Source: a virus. From it: a DNA stretch of 44,457 nt. Positions within the stretch are counted from its first letter, which is position 1. Each line of letters opens with the position of its first letter. Position numbers and translations under genes: made by a program. Below the pieces are notes generated by a model, which saw nothing but the letters and a program-made list of their open reading frames with translations, was not told the DNA's origin and did not search any database. The stretch covers positions 1-44,457 of IMG/VR virus record IMGVR_UViG_3300017922_000005; one strand, 5' to 3'. Below, in pieces: positions 34,201 to 44,309 of the stretch.

Positions 34201-34580
34201 TGACACTTGATATAATAAAACCTGTACCAAAAACTGAACAACCAGACATTTCTGGAATTGATTTAGGTGTAATCATAGCAGAAGGTGTAAATTCTGGTGA
34301 TATTGAAGATTTGCACTCATGTGTAGAATTTGTAAACACCAAAATTGACCCTGATATTGGTGGTAATGAAGTTCAGGGAATATTCAAAAAAGTTGTAAAA
34401 GAAGCCAAAGAGATGAGTAGTAAAGCCGATAGTATGGCAAGAAATGGTGCTACTGTTACTGAAATGGCTGCTGAAATCACTGGTGACTATTTCACATTTG
34501 ACGACATCAAACAAATGAAAATCGAAGTGTATGGAACTGTAACTGAATGGAAAAATGCAATGACAACAGATGAGGTATGA
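34200..34580 (+). CDS. Hypothetical protein
   Basis: GGAGGTG RBS; TAATG overlap. Confidence 0.7.
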   Translation: MTLDIIKPVPKTEQPDISGIDLGVIIAEGVNSGDIEDLHSCVEFVNTKIDPDIGGNEVQGIFKKVVKEAKEMSSKADSMARNGATVTEMAAEITGDYFTFDDIKQMKIEVYGTVTEWKNAMTTDEV

Positions 34581-34586
34581 TATTCC

Positions 34587-35273
34587 ATGCCTCGTACTGT
34601 TTTACCTGTTGAAAATTGTGTTTTCAGATTAGACTCCAAGTATGGGTTTAATCAGCAGTTCCCGATGACATTCAATGATGTTGAATTATCAGAAGATGGG
34701 TTTGAATTTGATGGCATAAATAGTTGGATTTCTTTTCCTAGTATCCCTACACGAATGTGGGATATGACTATCCATTTAAGGATGATTTGGAATGGAAATG
34801 GTAATGACAACGATAGTCTCCAACAAATAATAGGGAATAATGATAGGTACAATGAATGGATAGCAATACAGGAGATTGATAACGGTTATACATATATGGA
34901 AGATGGTATGAATTCAAATGCATACCAGTTAGATACTTATACACTTCGGATAGATGTGGGTGTTATTTATGATATATTCATAAGTTTAGGAGAAAATAAT
35001 TATAAAGTACTTCTAAATGGTGAATTTGTAAGGGAAACTGAAAAAGCAGATAGATATAATTTTAATATTAATGCAATTGGTGGAAGGCCAGATGATAGAC
35101 GTTTTGAAGGAATTATATCACTTGTAGAAATATATTATCGTGCATATACCGTGCAAGAAATGAAAGACAGATACAACCAGAGTACATTCTTATTCCTGAA
35201 TAATACACCAACACCCACCCAGCAGGCATATCTTGACTGGCAGAATAGCAGAATAATTGGGAGGTCACGATAA
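34587..35273 (+). CDS. LamG/concanavalin-A-like lectin domain protein 1
   Basis: GFEFDGINSWI and FEGIISLVEIYYRAYTVQEM motifs. Confidence 0.85.
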   Translation: MPRTVLPVENCVFRLDSKYGFNQQFPMTFNDVELSEDGFEFDGINSWISFPSIPTRMWDMTIHLRMIWNGNGNDNDSLQQIIGNNDRYNEWIAIQEIDNGYTYMEDGMNSNAYQLDTYTLRIDVGVIYDIFISLGENNYKVLLNGEFVRETEKADRYNFNINAIGGRPDDRRFEGIISLVEIYYRAYTVQEMKDRYNQSTFLFLNNTPTPTQQAYLDWQNSRIIGRSR

Positions 35274-36034
35274 TGACACGGACACTTGAAGAATTGAGAG
35301 AATATTTGGTTGGAGAATGGAAATTTGATAATAACTTCCTTGATACATCTGGAAATGGTAACCATGGTACTCCTACTGATATTGAATGGAAACCTACAAG
35401 TAGAGGGCTGAAACCACATATTAAAATAGGAAATACTGTGTCTATGAATGAAATTGTGTTATCTCCTAATGATTCCACAATTTCACTTTGGGTTGCCAAT
35501 TTTAAAAAAATTGATAGTAATTATAATGACCATCATTATATTTTATCTAAAAATGATAGATATAGAAATTATATTGCAATCAGTTCAACTGGAAGTATTG
35601 CAATTGAATCTGATGTTAATGGGGATATATTTGGAATTGCAACTACAGGAACATTTCCATTTGACTTCAGGCCACATCAAATAACTGTTACTGCATCAAA
35701 TGCTGTAACCCAAATTTATTTGGATGGGATACCTGTTAATATGACTGGTATTAATGCAGATGCAGAAGTTAAATTGACAAACATTGGTTGTATCACGGAA
35801 CAAAATGATACGTCTCCTGATTGTACAGTATGTGGCATATTGCACTATTCCACTGCCCTAACATCAGATGAAGTCCTCAACCTATACAACTCCACCAAAA
35901 ACGCTGTCGGTGTACGACCTGCCGAAAGAAGTTTTACTCACAGACTGCAACCTGACGTAGATGACAACACCGTATTTGCTACTGACATGAGTACCAAGAA
36001 TAGCGATGGTACGCTCATGGATTTAAGTTGGTGA
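35273..36034 (+). CDS. LamG-like protein 2 (ends with the start of a further LamG domain)
   Basis: LVGEWKFDNNFLDTSGNGNHGT, YSTALTSDEVLNLY, terminal TLMDLSW. Confidence 0.85.
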   Translation: MTRTLEELREYLVGEWKFDNNFLDTSGNGNHGTPTDIEWKPTSRGLKPHIKIGNTVSMNEIVLSPNDSTISLWVANFKKIDSNYNDHHYILSKNDRYRNYIAISSTGSIAIESDVNGDIFGIATTGTFPFDFRPHQITVTASNAVTQIYLDGIPVNMTGINADAEVKLTNIGCITEQNDTSPDCTVCGILHYSTALTSDEVLNLYNSTKNAVGVRPAERSFTHRLQPDVDDNTVFATDMSTKNSDGTLMDLSW

Positions 36035-36038
36035 TATA

Positions 36039-36842
36039 ATGGGGAATAACCATGCTACTGTTTACGGAGCCGCTCGTTCCGGTGGATACCTAACAGACGG
36101 ACTAAGGATGAATGGATCGAATAACTATCTGGGAATTGGTGACACAGAAACAGATATTAAAACAATTGAACTTATTGTACAATGTTCTTCTGATACAGAA
36201 TATTTGATTGATTTGAATGGAACTGCAAATATAGATGTATCGAGTGGTATGATCAGAGCAAACAATATAGCAAATCCAACCATATATATTAATGGGGAAG
36301 AAAATAGTGCAATAACCGAAGACAAAATAAATCACGTAGTTGTTACAACTGAGACTCCAGTAACGGCATCATCAGTTGAAATTGGTAAAGTTGGAAGTAA
36401 TTATGGGAATTTAGTGATATTGCAGGGTGCTCTTGATAGCAGTGCTCTTACACTTACGCAAATCAAATCACGCTTCAACTCCCTCGCTACACTTCCACTA
36501 TACACATTCGATGCCAGCAAGTATCCGACAAGTGACGGCTGGACTACAAATGTACCATACAGCAGTATGTCGATAAGTTCTGGCGAGTTCTCATTCACAG
36601 ATGATGGACAATTACAATGTGACAGTGCAGGTTCATTTTCACTTCGGAATTCCCATCCCTTCGATGCTGATGAATACATCAAATTGACAATCAATGGTGT
36701 CGAATATGCAGGTACAGGTAGCATCACTCAAGGTACTGTCACTGTATCCCTGACACAAGGCAGTAACAAGATTAGTGTCAATATGGGTACGGGTGATGTG
36801 ATTGATGGTATTGATATACAATTCAGAGAACCTGTGGAGTGA
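36039..36842 (+). CDS. LamG-like protein 3 (begins mid-domain)
   Basis: GNNHATVYGA, GLRMNGSNNYL, SALTLTQIKSRFN. Confidence 0.8.
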   Translation: MGNNHATVYGAARSGGYLTDGLRMNGSNNYLGIGDTETDIKTIELIVQCSSDTEYLIDLNGTANIDVSSGMIRANNIANPTIYINGEENSAITEDKINHVVVTTETPVTASSVEIGKVGSNYGNLVILQGALDSSALTLTQIKSRFNSLATLPLYTFDASKYPTSDGWTTNVPYSSMSISSGEFSFTDDGQLQCDSAGSFSLRNSHPFDADEYIKLTINGVEYAGTGSITQGTVTVSLTQGSNKISVNMGTGDVIDGIDIQFREPVE

Positions 36843-36846
36843 GAAC

Positions 36847-37383
36847 ATGGTTGACTACGAACTCAAAAAATTTAAGGGAAAGATACTCCTTATGTGTCAG
36901 TCCAATGCTAAAGATATAAAAGAACACACAGGCATTATGACACAAAAGATTCAGAAACTTGACGACAAGATACGTCAATTTGAAAAGAACGATAAAATAA
37001 GAAAGGAGATCGTCAATCAAACCAGAAATCATCTAGGTGAACTCCAGAATTTTAATAAAAGGATGGATGAAATGTACGAAGAAATGGAGAATTTTGTAAA
37101 GAAAATGAGAGAAAAGACTTCCAAACTGGAGACCAATAACTCCAAAACCGATGAAAGAGTCCTTTTCCTTGGTAATCAAATAAAGAAAGCAAAAGAACAA
37201 TCCGCAGAAGAGAAAAAAATTCTTGAAAAGCGGATTGATGGGGATTACGCCAGAGTGGTAGAAGAACTACAGGAAATAAAAACCCTCATCAAGGATATGG
37301 AAAGGGAAAATATAAAATGGAGAGAGGGACATCTCCAGACACATGAAGAGAACAAAGGAATTCTAAAGAGGATATTCAAATGA
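36847..37383 (+). CDS. Coiled-coil protein
   Basis: GGAGTGA RBS supports start MVDYEL at 36847. Confidence 0.7.
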   Translation: MVDYELKKFKGKILLMCQSNAKDIKEHTGIMTQKIQKLDDKIRQFEKNDKIRKEIVNQTRNHLGELQNFNKRMDEMYEEMENFVKKMREKTSKLETNNSKTDERVLFLGNQIKKAKEQSAEEKKILEKRIDGDYARVVEELQEIKTLIKDMERENIKWREGHLQTHEENKGILKRIFK

Positions 37384-37592
37384 TAAATTTTGATGTAAAC
37401 ACCGTTGCGATGGTAACTGTTGCTATAAGTGGATGGGCAGTAGCCTTTGGTAAGCACGCATATGATTGGTGGTCTGAAAAGTCCAAATCTACAAGGGTAA
37501 AGATCATTGATGAAATCCAGGAATCTATCAGGGATGGTGTGATTACCAAGGAAGAGGGTTTTGCCATAATCAACGCTGCGATGGAGAAATAA
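37380..37592 (+). CDS. Small membrane protein (holin-like candidate)
   Basis: N-terminal hydrophobic helix; 70 aa. Confidence 0.55.
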   Translation: MINFDVNTVAMVTVAISGWAVAFGKHAYDWWSEKSKSTRVKIIDEIQESIRDGVITKEEGFAIINAAMEK

Positions 37593-37593
37593 A

Positions 37594-38220
37594 ATGGCTG
37601 ACTATTGTACGGCACAGGATGTAGCAAAATTTATAGGAATAGATGTGGGTGTAGATACTATTCCAGATACCAGTACAGTAGAAGAATTTATTGAAGAAAG
37701 TGAAGACGAAATTGATTTCTACACCCACCATGCGTGGAGAACCGTGAGGAAGGAAAATGAACACTACAACTTCCATGGATTTGTCGCACAAAGAGAAAGA
37801 TTTGGAGATTGGTCTGATAGGGCAAGAATTTACCTCAAGAACCGCAATATTCAACAACTCGTCAAGCTCGAAGTCTGGGATGGTTCTCATTGGGAAGAAT
37901 TCGTCGGGAATTACACCGAAGATCGATATGGAGATTATTGGGTGGACTATGACAGAGGAATTATTCACTTTGCTAACAGATACCCGTGGAGAATGCGACA
38001 TTCTATACGAGTGACATACGACTACGGTCTAGACTCCGTGCCTAAAGATATCAAAAGAGCCTGCACATTGCTTACAGCAAGTTATATGATACAGCAGGAC
38101 GACTATTCTGTCCTCTTGCCCGAAGGTACTTCCAACATCCCACCTGTAAATAAAGCCAAGATGTGGGAAGAAAGGGCATACAAAATAATGGATAGGCATG
38201 TTGAAATTAAATCGTGGTGA
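37594..38220 (+). CDS. Head-tail adaptor (gp6/gp15-like)
   Basis: MADYCTAQDV, EDEID...HAWR, VTYDYG..VPKDIKRAC. Confidence 0.8.
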   Translation: MADYCTAQDVAKFIGIDVGVDTIPDTSTVEEFIEESEDEIDFYTHHAWRTVRKENEHYNFHGFVAQRERFGDWSDRARIYLKNRNIQQLVKLEVWDGSHWEEFVGNYTEDRYGDYWVDYDRGIIHFANRYPWRMRHSIRVTYDYGLDSVPKDIKRACTLLTASYMIQQDDYSVLLPEGTSNIPPVNKAKMWEERAYKIMDRHVEIKSW

Positions 38221-38224
38221 TTAA

Positions 38225-38665
38225 ATGACTTCACCAGATATAGATATTGTAGGAGTCATTCTGGATTTTTTGAATACCAACTGGAATACAGACAATTGTC
38301 CAAAGCCCATAATCAAGAGGGTTGAAGAGGTCAAACGTATCAATGTGAAGAGTAGTGCTGGATATATCTTACTCTATGAGAGTTCCGGACTTCACATTTC
38401 CAGAGGCGATGTTCAGTGGGATTCCAGAGATTGGGCAGGTTCCGTATCTGCAGACATTCGTACAGTGAATGGTGTGGATCATGTAAACCAAATTTATACT
38501 GAACTTGACAGACTCTTACTTACCTTGAGGAGGGATGTGACAGGCACGGGATGGCATAAACTTGAGGGTACTGACCGTATGAATCTCACTAATAAGGCTG
38601 TGGGATTATGGCGGTATGTTGTTGAAATAAAACTTGTTGCACGTAAAAAACTAATAGGAGACTAA
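38225..38665 (+). CDS. Tail terminator-like protein
   Basis: Position between adaptor and tail tube; 146 aa. Confidence 0.6.
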   Translation: MTSPDIDIVGVILDFLNTNWNTDNCPKPIIKRVEEVKRINVKSSAGYILLYESSGLHISRGDVQWDSRDWAGSVSADIRTVNGVDHVNQIYTELDRLLLTLRRDVTGTGWHKLEGTDRMNLTNKAVGLWRYVVEIKLVARKKLIGD

Positions 38666-38667
38666 AA

Positions 38668-39684
38668 GTGAGTATATTCAGAAGTGAGCAATATAGACTT
38701 GCTCTAACACCATGTGAAAATGCATTCGGTTATAAAACCGGAACTACAGCATGGGGAGTTGCCGATGGAGCTTATCCGGTTGGACTCCTCAAAGGATATG
38801 AACCTCCAGACCCCGAAATCGAATGGAAGGATTTCAAACAGATAGGTGTAGCCTCTAGTAGGAACATTGAGACTTTGGTTCAAGGTCCATTTTCTCTATC
38901 CGGCAATATTCCATTCACCATTCAGGATGCCCGTATGATTGCACTGGCATTTGGTTCCGATTCTGTGTCAGGTTCAGCTGATCCATATACCCACACAATC
39001 AAACCTGCAGACGAACTCCCAAGTTTCGGAGCAGTAGTCTCCAGACTTACATCCGGAGTCGGTAATGATTATAACCGGATTTATTCCGGACTCAAAGTTG
39101 ATCAATTAAGTCTTGCTGCCGAATCTTCCGGAGAGCTTAAAGCTTCGGTTACGGTACAGGGACAGAACGTCACCCAAGACAATGCTTCCGATGCTCCGGA
39201 CGTGACCGCCCTTGACGACGAGCCATATTGGTTCTATCAGTCCACCATAACTTTCTGGTCAGCAGAGATTGGTAGATTACAATCCTTCGAAATGACACTT
39301 TCCAATAATATTGATGGAAAAAGATACTTCAAGACCGCACCAGTAAATTCCGTTTCCGAACTTCTGGAAGGTGGAAGACAATTCTCCCTCAAAGCAGATA
39401 TCGCAATTGATGATATGACCATATATGATAAACTCATCAATGGCACCAACTTTGATATCTCCCTGTACTTTGAAAGGGCTTCCGGAGACACCTTAAAAAT
39501 CAGTTCCGATATTTCCCTTGATATGCAGACCTTAGACGGGGGAGCCAATAACTGTTATATTAGCAAAGCACCACACAGCGTGCCCGATTCCAATGAAGTG
39601 GTCGTACCTGTAGAAATAATCATGAAGAATGCTTATGCAGTAATCGAAAACGATTACGCAACATCATACGTAGCACTCGCATAA
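38668..39684 (+). CDS. Major tail (tube) protein
   Basis: GGAG RBS with GTG start; GLKVDQLSL, FEMTLSNNI, LLEGGR pattern; precedes chaperones and TMP. Confidence 0.8.
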   Translation: MSIFRSEQYRLALTPCENAFGYKTGTTAWGVADGAYPVGLLKGYEPPDPEIEWKDFKQIGVASSRNIETLVQGPFSLSGNIPFTIQDARMIALAFGSDSVSGSADPYTHTIKPADELPSFGAVVSRLTSGVGNDYNRIYSGLKVDQLSLAAESSGELKASVTVQGQNVTQDNASDAPDVTALDDEPYWFYQSTITFWSAEIGRLQSFEMTLSNNIDGKRYFKTAPVNSVSELLEGGRQFSLKADIAIDDMTIYDKLINGTNFDISLYFERASGDTLKISSDISLDMQTLDGGANNCYISKAPHSVPDSNEVVVPVEIIMKNAYAVIENDYATSYVALA

Positions 39685-39711
39685 ATAAAGTAAAACAAAG
39701 TAAGTGATAAT

Positions 39712-40074
39712 ATGAGTGAAGATGTTCAGAAAATGGAAGACGGGATTTTTGCAGATTCCCGTGTCAAGAAAAAACCTTTCTTTTTTAGAGGAAAGGAGTA
39801 TGAATTTCAGGTAAAAGAAATTTCCTGGATGGAAAAACAGCGTATTGTATCCAATTGTATGTCTGCCAATAAAAAGGGTATGGGTATAGATATTGCAAAA
39901 TACAATAAAGAAATACTCCTGAAAATCCTTGTGGATACTGACGGACTCTTCCGTGTCGATGCCATGGATATTATGAGGCTCTCTGATGAAATGGGTAATG
40001 CCCTCACAGAGCAAATAATCCCCGATGCAGATGATATGGGCGGACTTGACGAGGAAGAGTCAAAAAACTGCTAA
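39712..40074 (+). CDS. Tail assembly chaperone (gpG-like)
   Basis: Position; ends ...ESKNC over a slippery heptamer. Confidence 0.75.
   Translation: MSEDVQKMEDGIFADSRVKKKPFFFRGKEYEFQVKEISWMEKQRIVSNCMSANKKGMGIDIAKYNKEILLKILVDTDGLFRVDAMDIMRLSDEMGNALTEQIIPDADDMGGLDEEESKNC
40062..40068 (+). other. Programmed -1 frameshift site A-AAA-AAC
   Basis: Canonical X XXY YYZ in frame; the -1 frame KKLLKAMEGERNEF is continuous with ORF 40080..40271. Confidence 0.8.
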
Positions 40075-40079
40075 AAGCT

Positions 40080-40271
40080 ATGGAGGGAGAACGTAATGAA
40101 TTCTCCCATTATATTATTCAATATAATTTAATTACCATGGGTTTTAGAGTAGATGAAATCGAGCGCATGTCCAGTAAGGAAATAGATATTTATTCTACTA
40201 TTGGATATCAGCAAAATAAGGATATAAAGAAGCAGACAGAACAACTCAAGGATGTAAACACTGGAGGATAA
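40080..40271 (+). CDS. C-terminal part of the frameshifted tail chaperone (gpGT-like)
   Basis: In the -1 frame of the slippery site; directly upstream of TMP. Confidence 0.75.
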   Translation: MEGERNEFSHYIIQYNLITMGFRVDEIERMSSKEIDIYSTIGYQQNKDIKKQTEQLKDVNTGG

Positions 40272-40272
40272 T

Positions 40273-41628
40273 ATGTCATTAGAAGATTTGAATGGTGAAC
40301 TGAAAAAACTAAATTCTCTTTCTAAAGAAGATTTAAAAAACTCCAGTGAGAATGCTCAAGAAAAGAATAAACAAGCCAATGCTGTAGAAAAACTCACATC
40401 CAAATACGAAAAGTATTTTAGGATGATGGATAAATACGTAAGTAAAATTCCTGGATTTGGAAGCGATTCAGGTGGTGAAGCTCCCCCACCAATAAATACC
40501 GGAAATGGTGAAGCCACTGGAGCACCTTCCGGAACACCTGCCAAAACAGATAAGGTAGAAGATAAGAACAAAGACCTGAATCAGGGTTTGATAAAGCAGG
40601 GCGAAATCCTCATGAATGTGAGGGCAAAATGGAAGGAAATGACTGGTGCAGTCATCGGTTCTTTTTATACTCTTGCAAAACTTTCTCCTCTTTTTGCTTC
40701 TTATATCTCGGAATTTGGTGGAGTCCTTGGATATGTCTATGATACAGCAATAATTCCATGGTCTGATGAGATTGAAGGATTACTTGATAAATTATGGGCA
40801 ATGGCTGATTGGTTTGATAGCCAATCCGAAACAGTGAAAAAATTTGCTGGTGCAGTAATGATTGCAATTCCAGTCATTACCGGAATAGCTGTTGCAGTAT
40901 CTATATTCTTGGCTACCGTGGGCTCTCTTGCATCCGGTGGAGTAATTTCTGCTGGTATCGGGGCTATAATGGGATTTTTGGGAGCCATTTCTGTGACTAC
41001 AGTAGGTATAGTAGCCCTTATTGCAGTCCTTGGATATCTTATAGTTAAATATACTGATTTAGATGAATTATTCGTTAGGTATGTCAAAAATTGGATTGAT
41101 AAATTTAAAGAATTCTTTTCTAATGTAAAATCAATTGCAGAATCTATATACAGTATCCTGAAAACTACTTGGGACAAAATGCATAACGATACAGAATCCA
41201 TATGGTATAAAATGTATCAGCCAATCAAAAATTTTGTTGAAAAAGTTAAGGATGCTATTGGTGATCTCATAGATTATATGCCAAGTTGGTTAATAGGTTC
41301 GGATGCTTTTAGTATGAGTAACATAATAGTAAATGCATCTGGTGGTGTGGCAGACTATCTTAGTGATTATGCAGACAGTTATTCAAATTCTTATGCAACT
41401 GGTGGTTCAATCACACAGGATGGAATATATAAACTCCATCAGGGTGAAACTGTAATTCCTGCAAGTCAGAGTTCCAGAAATACCAACAACACATCAATAA
41501 CCATTTCGCCCAATGTAACTATAAATGGAAGTATTTCTTCATCCTTGGATATAAGAAAGATTGCAGATGAGATGTCCAGATATTGGAAAGAAGATATTAA
41601 GAAGTACGCAGGAGGTTCTCTTAGATGA
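40273..41628 (+). CDS. Tape measure protein (short, 451 aa)
   Basis: Position; helical with hydrophobic A/G/I-rich middle; YATGG...GIYKLHQGETVIPA C-terminal motif. Confidence 0.85.
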   Translation: MSLEDLNGELKKLNSLSKEDLKNSSENAQEKNKQANAVEKLTSKYEKYFRMMDKYVSKIPGFGSDSGGEAPPPINTGNGEATGAPSGTPAKTDKVEDKNKDLNQGLIKQGEILMNVRAKWKEMTGAVIGSFYTLAKLSPLFASYISEFGGVLGYVYDTAIIPWSDEIEGLLDKLWAMADWFDSQSETVKKFAGAVMIAIPVITGIAVAVSIFLATVGSLASGGVISAGIGAIMGFLGAISVTTVGIVALIAVLGYLIVKYTDLDELFVRYVKNWIDKFKEFFSNVKSIAESIYSILKTTWDKMHNDTESIWYKMYQPIKNFVEKVKDAIGDLIDYMPSWLIGSDAFSMSNIIVNASGGVADYLSDYADSYSNSYATGGSITQDGIYKLHQGETVIPASQSSRNTNNTSITISPNVTINGSISSSLDIRKIADEMSRYWKEDIKKYAGGSLR

Positions 41629-42062
41629 GTAATGGCACATTTCCAGTAGATTTGTGGAACCCAACAGGAACCACAAATTTAAATTTGCAGATAGAAAGAG
41701 TAGATATAAAATTTACAAGAGAGCCTTTTGAATATAAAAGACAGGAAGTCAGACGTGTAAATGATCGTGGTTTTATGACCACAGTATTTGTCCTGACTGG
41801 CTATTACAGAGGCACAGGAGCTACTCCGGAAGACGCTAAGAACGACACGGACAACTTTTTGGCTTCCATGCAGACCGCTATAAAAACTTGGTATGACGAA
41901 AACGACGGACTATGCCTCTTTCCGTATCGCTGTGGTGATGGAACTCATACCGTGGATGGAAATAATGCTTGGCAGGTAGTAATCAAAAGTGCAGACTTTG
42001 TGGAACATGCTGAATTCAGTAACTTGCTGGAGTACACAATAACTCTGCTGGAGGCACAATGA
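41625..42062 (+). CDS. Distal tail (Dit-like) protein
   Basis: Position after TMP; 145 aa. Confidence 0.55.
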   Translation: MSNGTFPVDLWNPTGTTNLNLQIERVDIKFTREPFEYKRQEVRRVNDRGFMTTVFVLTGYYRGTGATPEDAKNDTDNFLASMQTAIKTWYDENDGLCLFPYRCGDGTHTVDGNNAWQVVIKSADFVEHAEFSNLLEYTITLLEAQ

Positions 42063-43954
42063 GTTATACATTAACAGTAGATGGTACCTCCTTTGGTGAA
42101 GTATATAGATTTTCAGCAAAGAAAGAAAATAATCAGGTCAGTGAAGCCGAAATTGAATGTTATGATTTAGATGCTACACAGGAAGGCAAAATTGTATACG
42201 GTAATTGGGTTGTTCTCAATAATGGCACACGAGACATGTGGAAAGGCATCATCGTTGATTATAAATATGGTGTGGATGGTGATGTATATCTGCTCAAATG
42301 TGAAGGTTTCGAAGTCAAACTCTTCTCCCGTATAAGTTATGACGAAACATCCACTGATGGAAGGATGGAATGGACAAACACATCTATGAATACAATCATC
42401 ACTGAACTTATTGATGGGGTGATATCCATAGGTACACTGGATGCAGACCTTCCAGCAATTTCTTTCCGTGCTGAATATGATTCCATTCTCGGTGCCCTTT
42501 CCGGTCTAGCAAGAATTGCTGGCAAAGACTGGTGGGTTTCCGAATCTGCAGGTATTCTGTATTTTAATATGTCAGACAGAGGTTCTGCAACTTCCCAGCA
42601 AACCTTTACCATGGGTAGTGATTCACACAGGGAAGAAGAAGAACAGAATCTCAATGATGTGTATAATGTATTATATGTCTTGGGTTATGGAGATGGAATT
42701 AATCAATTACGTGGACAAGGATTGGGAGCGGTTACGGACAGAGCCACTTTGAGTGCCGACATAACGGAGACTGATACTTCTTTAACTATATCGGACACAT
42801 CCTTTTTGAGTGTCGGAGATACTATTTGGATAGGTAGAGAAAAATGCGAAATTGCAAGTGTGGTTTCTCCTACAGAACTCACCGTAACCAGAGGTGTCAA
42901 CTCCGATAAGATAAGTCCTTATCCTCATAAATCAGGAATCCTTGTGTACAGTGCTGAATACACGGAATCTACCCCACAAACATCCTCATCAATCGACGTT
43001 AATGGGATTCAGGAAAATCGATATATTGATAGGTCAATTACAGACCAGAATACCATAGATAGACTTGCCGATAAATTAATTCAAAAATATGAAGATTCCG
43101 GAATATCCGGCAAATTTGAATATCTGGGAGATAATTTATCTGCTGATGTGGGTGATGTAATAACCATTGTGGATTATGATGGTTCATCTACAGAAAGAGT
43201 TCTCAAATCTTGGTCATATTCCGAAGAGACTGCAAGTTTTGAAATTGTATATATAAGTAAGGGAGTCTTTGAAGATAAGATTGTTTCTCTGGAAAAGAAT
43301 ATGGATGTTAACAATCCATACGGTCAGGGTTCCACAAATATTTTCCAGATTCAATCTTACGAAAATTGCGATTCTTCATCGCCCTTGCACGTACGATTTA
43401 GGATACCTGATGATGTTATTGCTATAAATAAAGTATTACTTTCCTTTAAGAGACAGCCCTTTCGTTTGTATTCAAAACAAATAACTTCCGATGGTGACCA
43501 TAACCATAATTCGTATTTTAGTATGGCACCTAAAGGTTCCAGTGATTTTGATCAAGCAAGTGATATTATATATCTAATGGGAGCAATAGATAATTATAGT
43601 GGTATAATCGTATCTGGTAATGATACTAGTATATCTAAATCAGTTGCCAACGCTACTTCCAATGTTTCCCACACACATCCAATACTACTTGGTATAAATA
43701 ATGACACAGGCTTTTCTACCACTCATGGAGTAATTATAGAAGCTGGAGAAGATGGTAGTGTTACATCTGTTTCTGGTTCTCCATTTACAACAGATGAAAA
43801 TGAAATAAATATACTTTCTCATGTAGGAGAGGCTGGCAAATGGTATGATATAGTATTTACACCAGAACAATATGTTAGTGGTGAAAATACTTATGATAGG
43901 ATAATGAGAATAGAAGCCAATGTATATGTGAAATGTTTTATTAGGAGCAATTAA
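42059..43954 (+). CDS. Baseplate hub / tail tip protein
   Basis: NVLYVLGYGDGINQL, hub-like architecture; position. Confidence 0.7.
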   Translation: MSYTLTVDGTSFGEVYRFSAKKENNQVSEAEIECYDLDATQEGKIVYGNWVVLNNGTRDMWKGIIVDYKYGVDGDVYLLKCEGFEVKLFSRISYDETSTDGRMEWTNTSMNTIITELIDGVISIGTLDADLPAISFRAEYDSILGALSGLARIAGKDWWVSESAGILYFNMSDRGSATSQQTFTMGSDSHREEEEQNLNDVYNVLYVLGYGDGINQLRGQGLGAVTDRATLSADITETDTSLTISDTSFLSVGDTIWIGREKCEIASVVSPTELTVTRGVNSDKISPYPHKSGILVYSAEYTESTPQTSSSIDVNGIQENRYIDRSITDQNTIDRLADKLIQKYEDSGISGKFEYLGDNLSADVGDVITIVDYDGSSTERVLKSWSYSEETASFEIVYISKGVFEDKIVSLEKNMDVNNPYGQGSTNIFQIQSYENCDSSSPLHVRFRIPDDVIAINKVLLSFKRQPFRLYSKQITSDGDHNHNSYFSMAPKGSSDFDQASDIIYLMGAIDNYSGIIVSGNDTSISKSVANATSNVSHTHPILLGINNDTGFSTTHGVIIEAGEDGSVTSVSGSPFTTDENEINILSHVGEAGKWYDIVFTPEQYVSGENTYDRIMRIEANVYVKCFIRSN

Positions 43955-43955
43955 T

Positions 43956-44303
43956 ATGGCAGTAATACCAAAAAGTAATATAAAATTTCCGGATGGTTCA
44001 ACATTACAAGATATATATGATGCTATAAATAGCGGTAGCGGTGGTGTCACTGTTTGTACTTCTACTACTAAACCTACATCACCGTCAGAAGGTGATCTAA
44101 TTTATGTCACAGATAATGCGGCAGGTAAAGAACTTGAACATTATGATGGGTCATCATGGCAAACAGTAAATGACAATTCTGGGCTTGTACAGAACCCAAT
44201 GACATCTGATTTAGATACTGGTGGTTACAAAATATATAATGATAGTGGTGCTGTCACATTTGAATCAAGTATAGGTGTATTTACATTCCAAAAGAGTTCC
44301 TGA
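43956..44303 (+). CDS. Putative tail fibre or tip-associated protein
   Basis: TSTTKPTSPSEGDLIY...YDGSSWQ and MTSDLDTGGYKI motifs common in fibre proteins. Confidence 0.6.
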   Translation: MAVIPKSNIKFPDGSTLQDIYDAINSGSGGVTVCTSTTKPTSPSEGDLIYVTDNAAGKELEHYDGSSWQTVNDNSGLVQNPMTSDLDTGGYKIYNDSGAVTFESSIGVFTFQKSS

Positions 44304-44309
44304 GGTTAA

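Noticed and set aside
34587-36842. Diversity-generating retroelement acting on the lectin genes
   Set aside because: No reverse transcriptase and no template/variable repeat pair differing at adenines were seen
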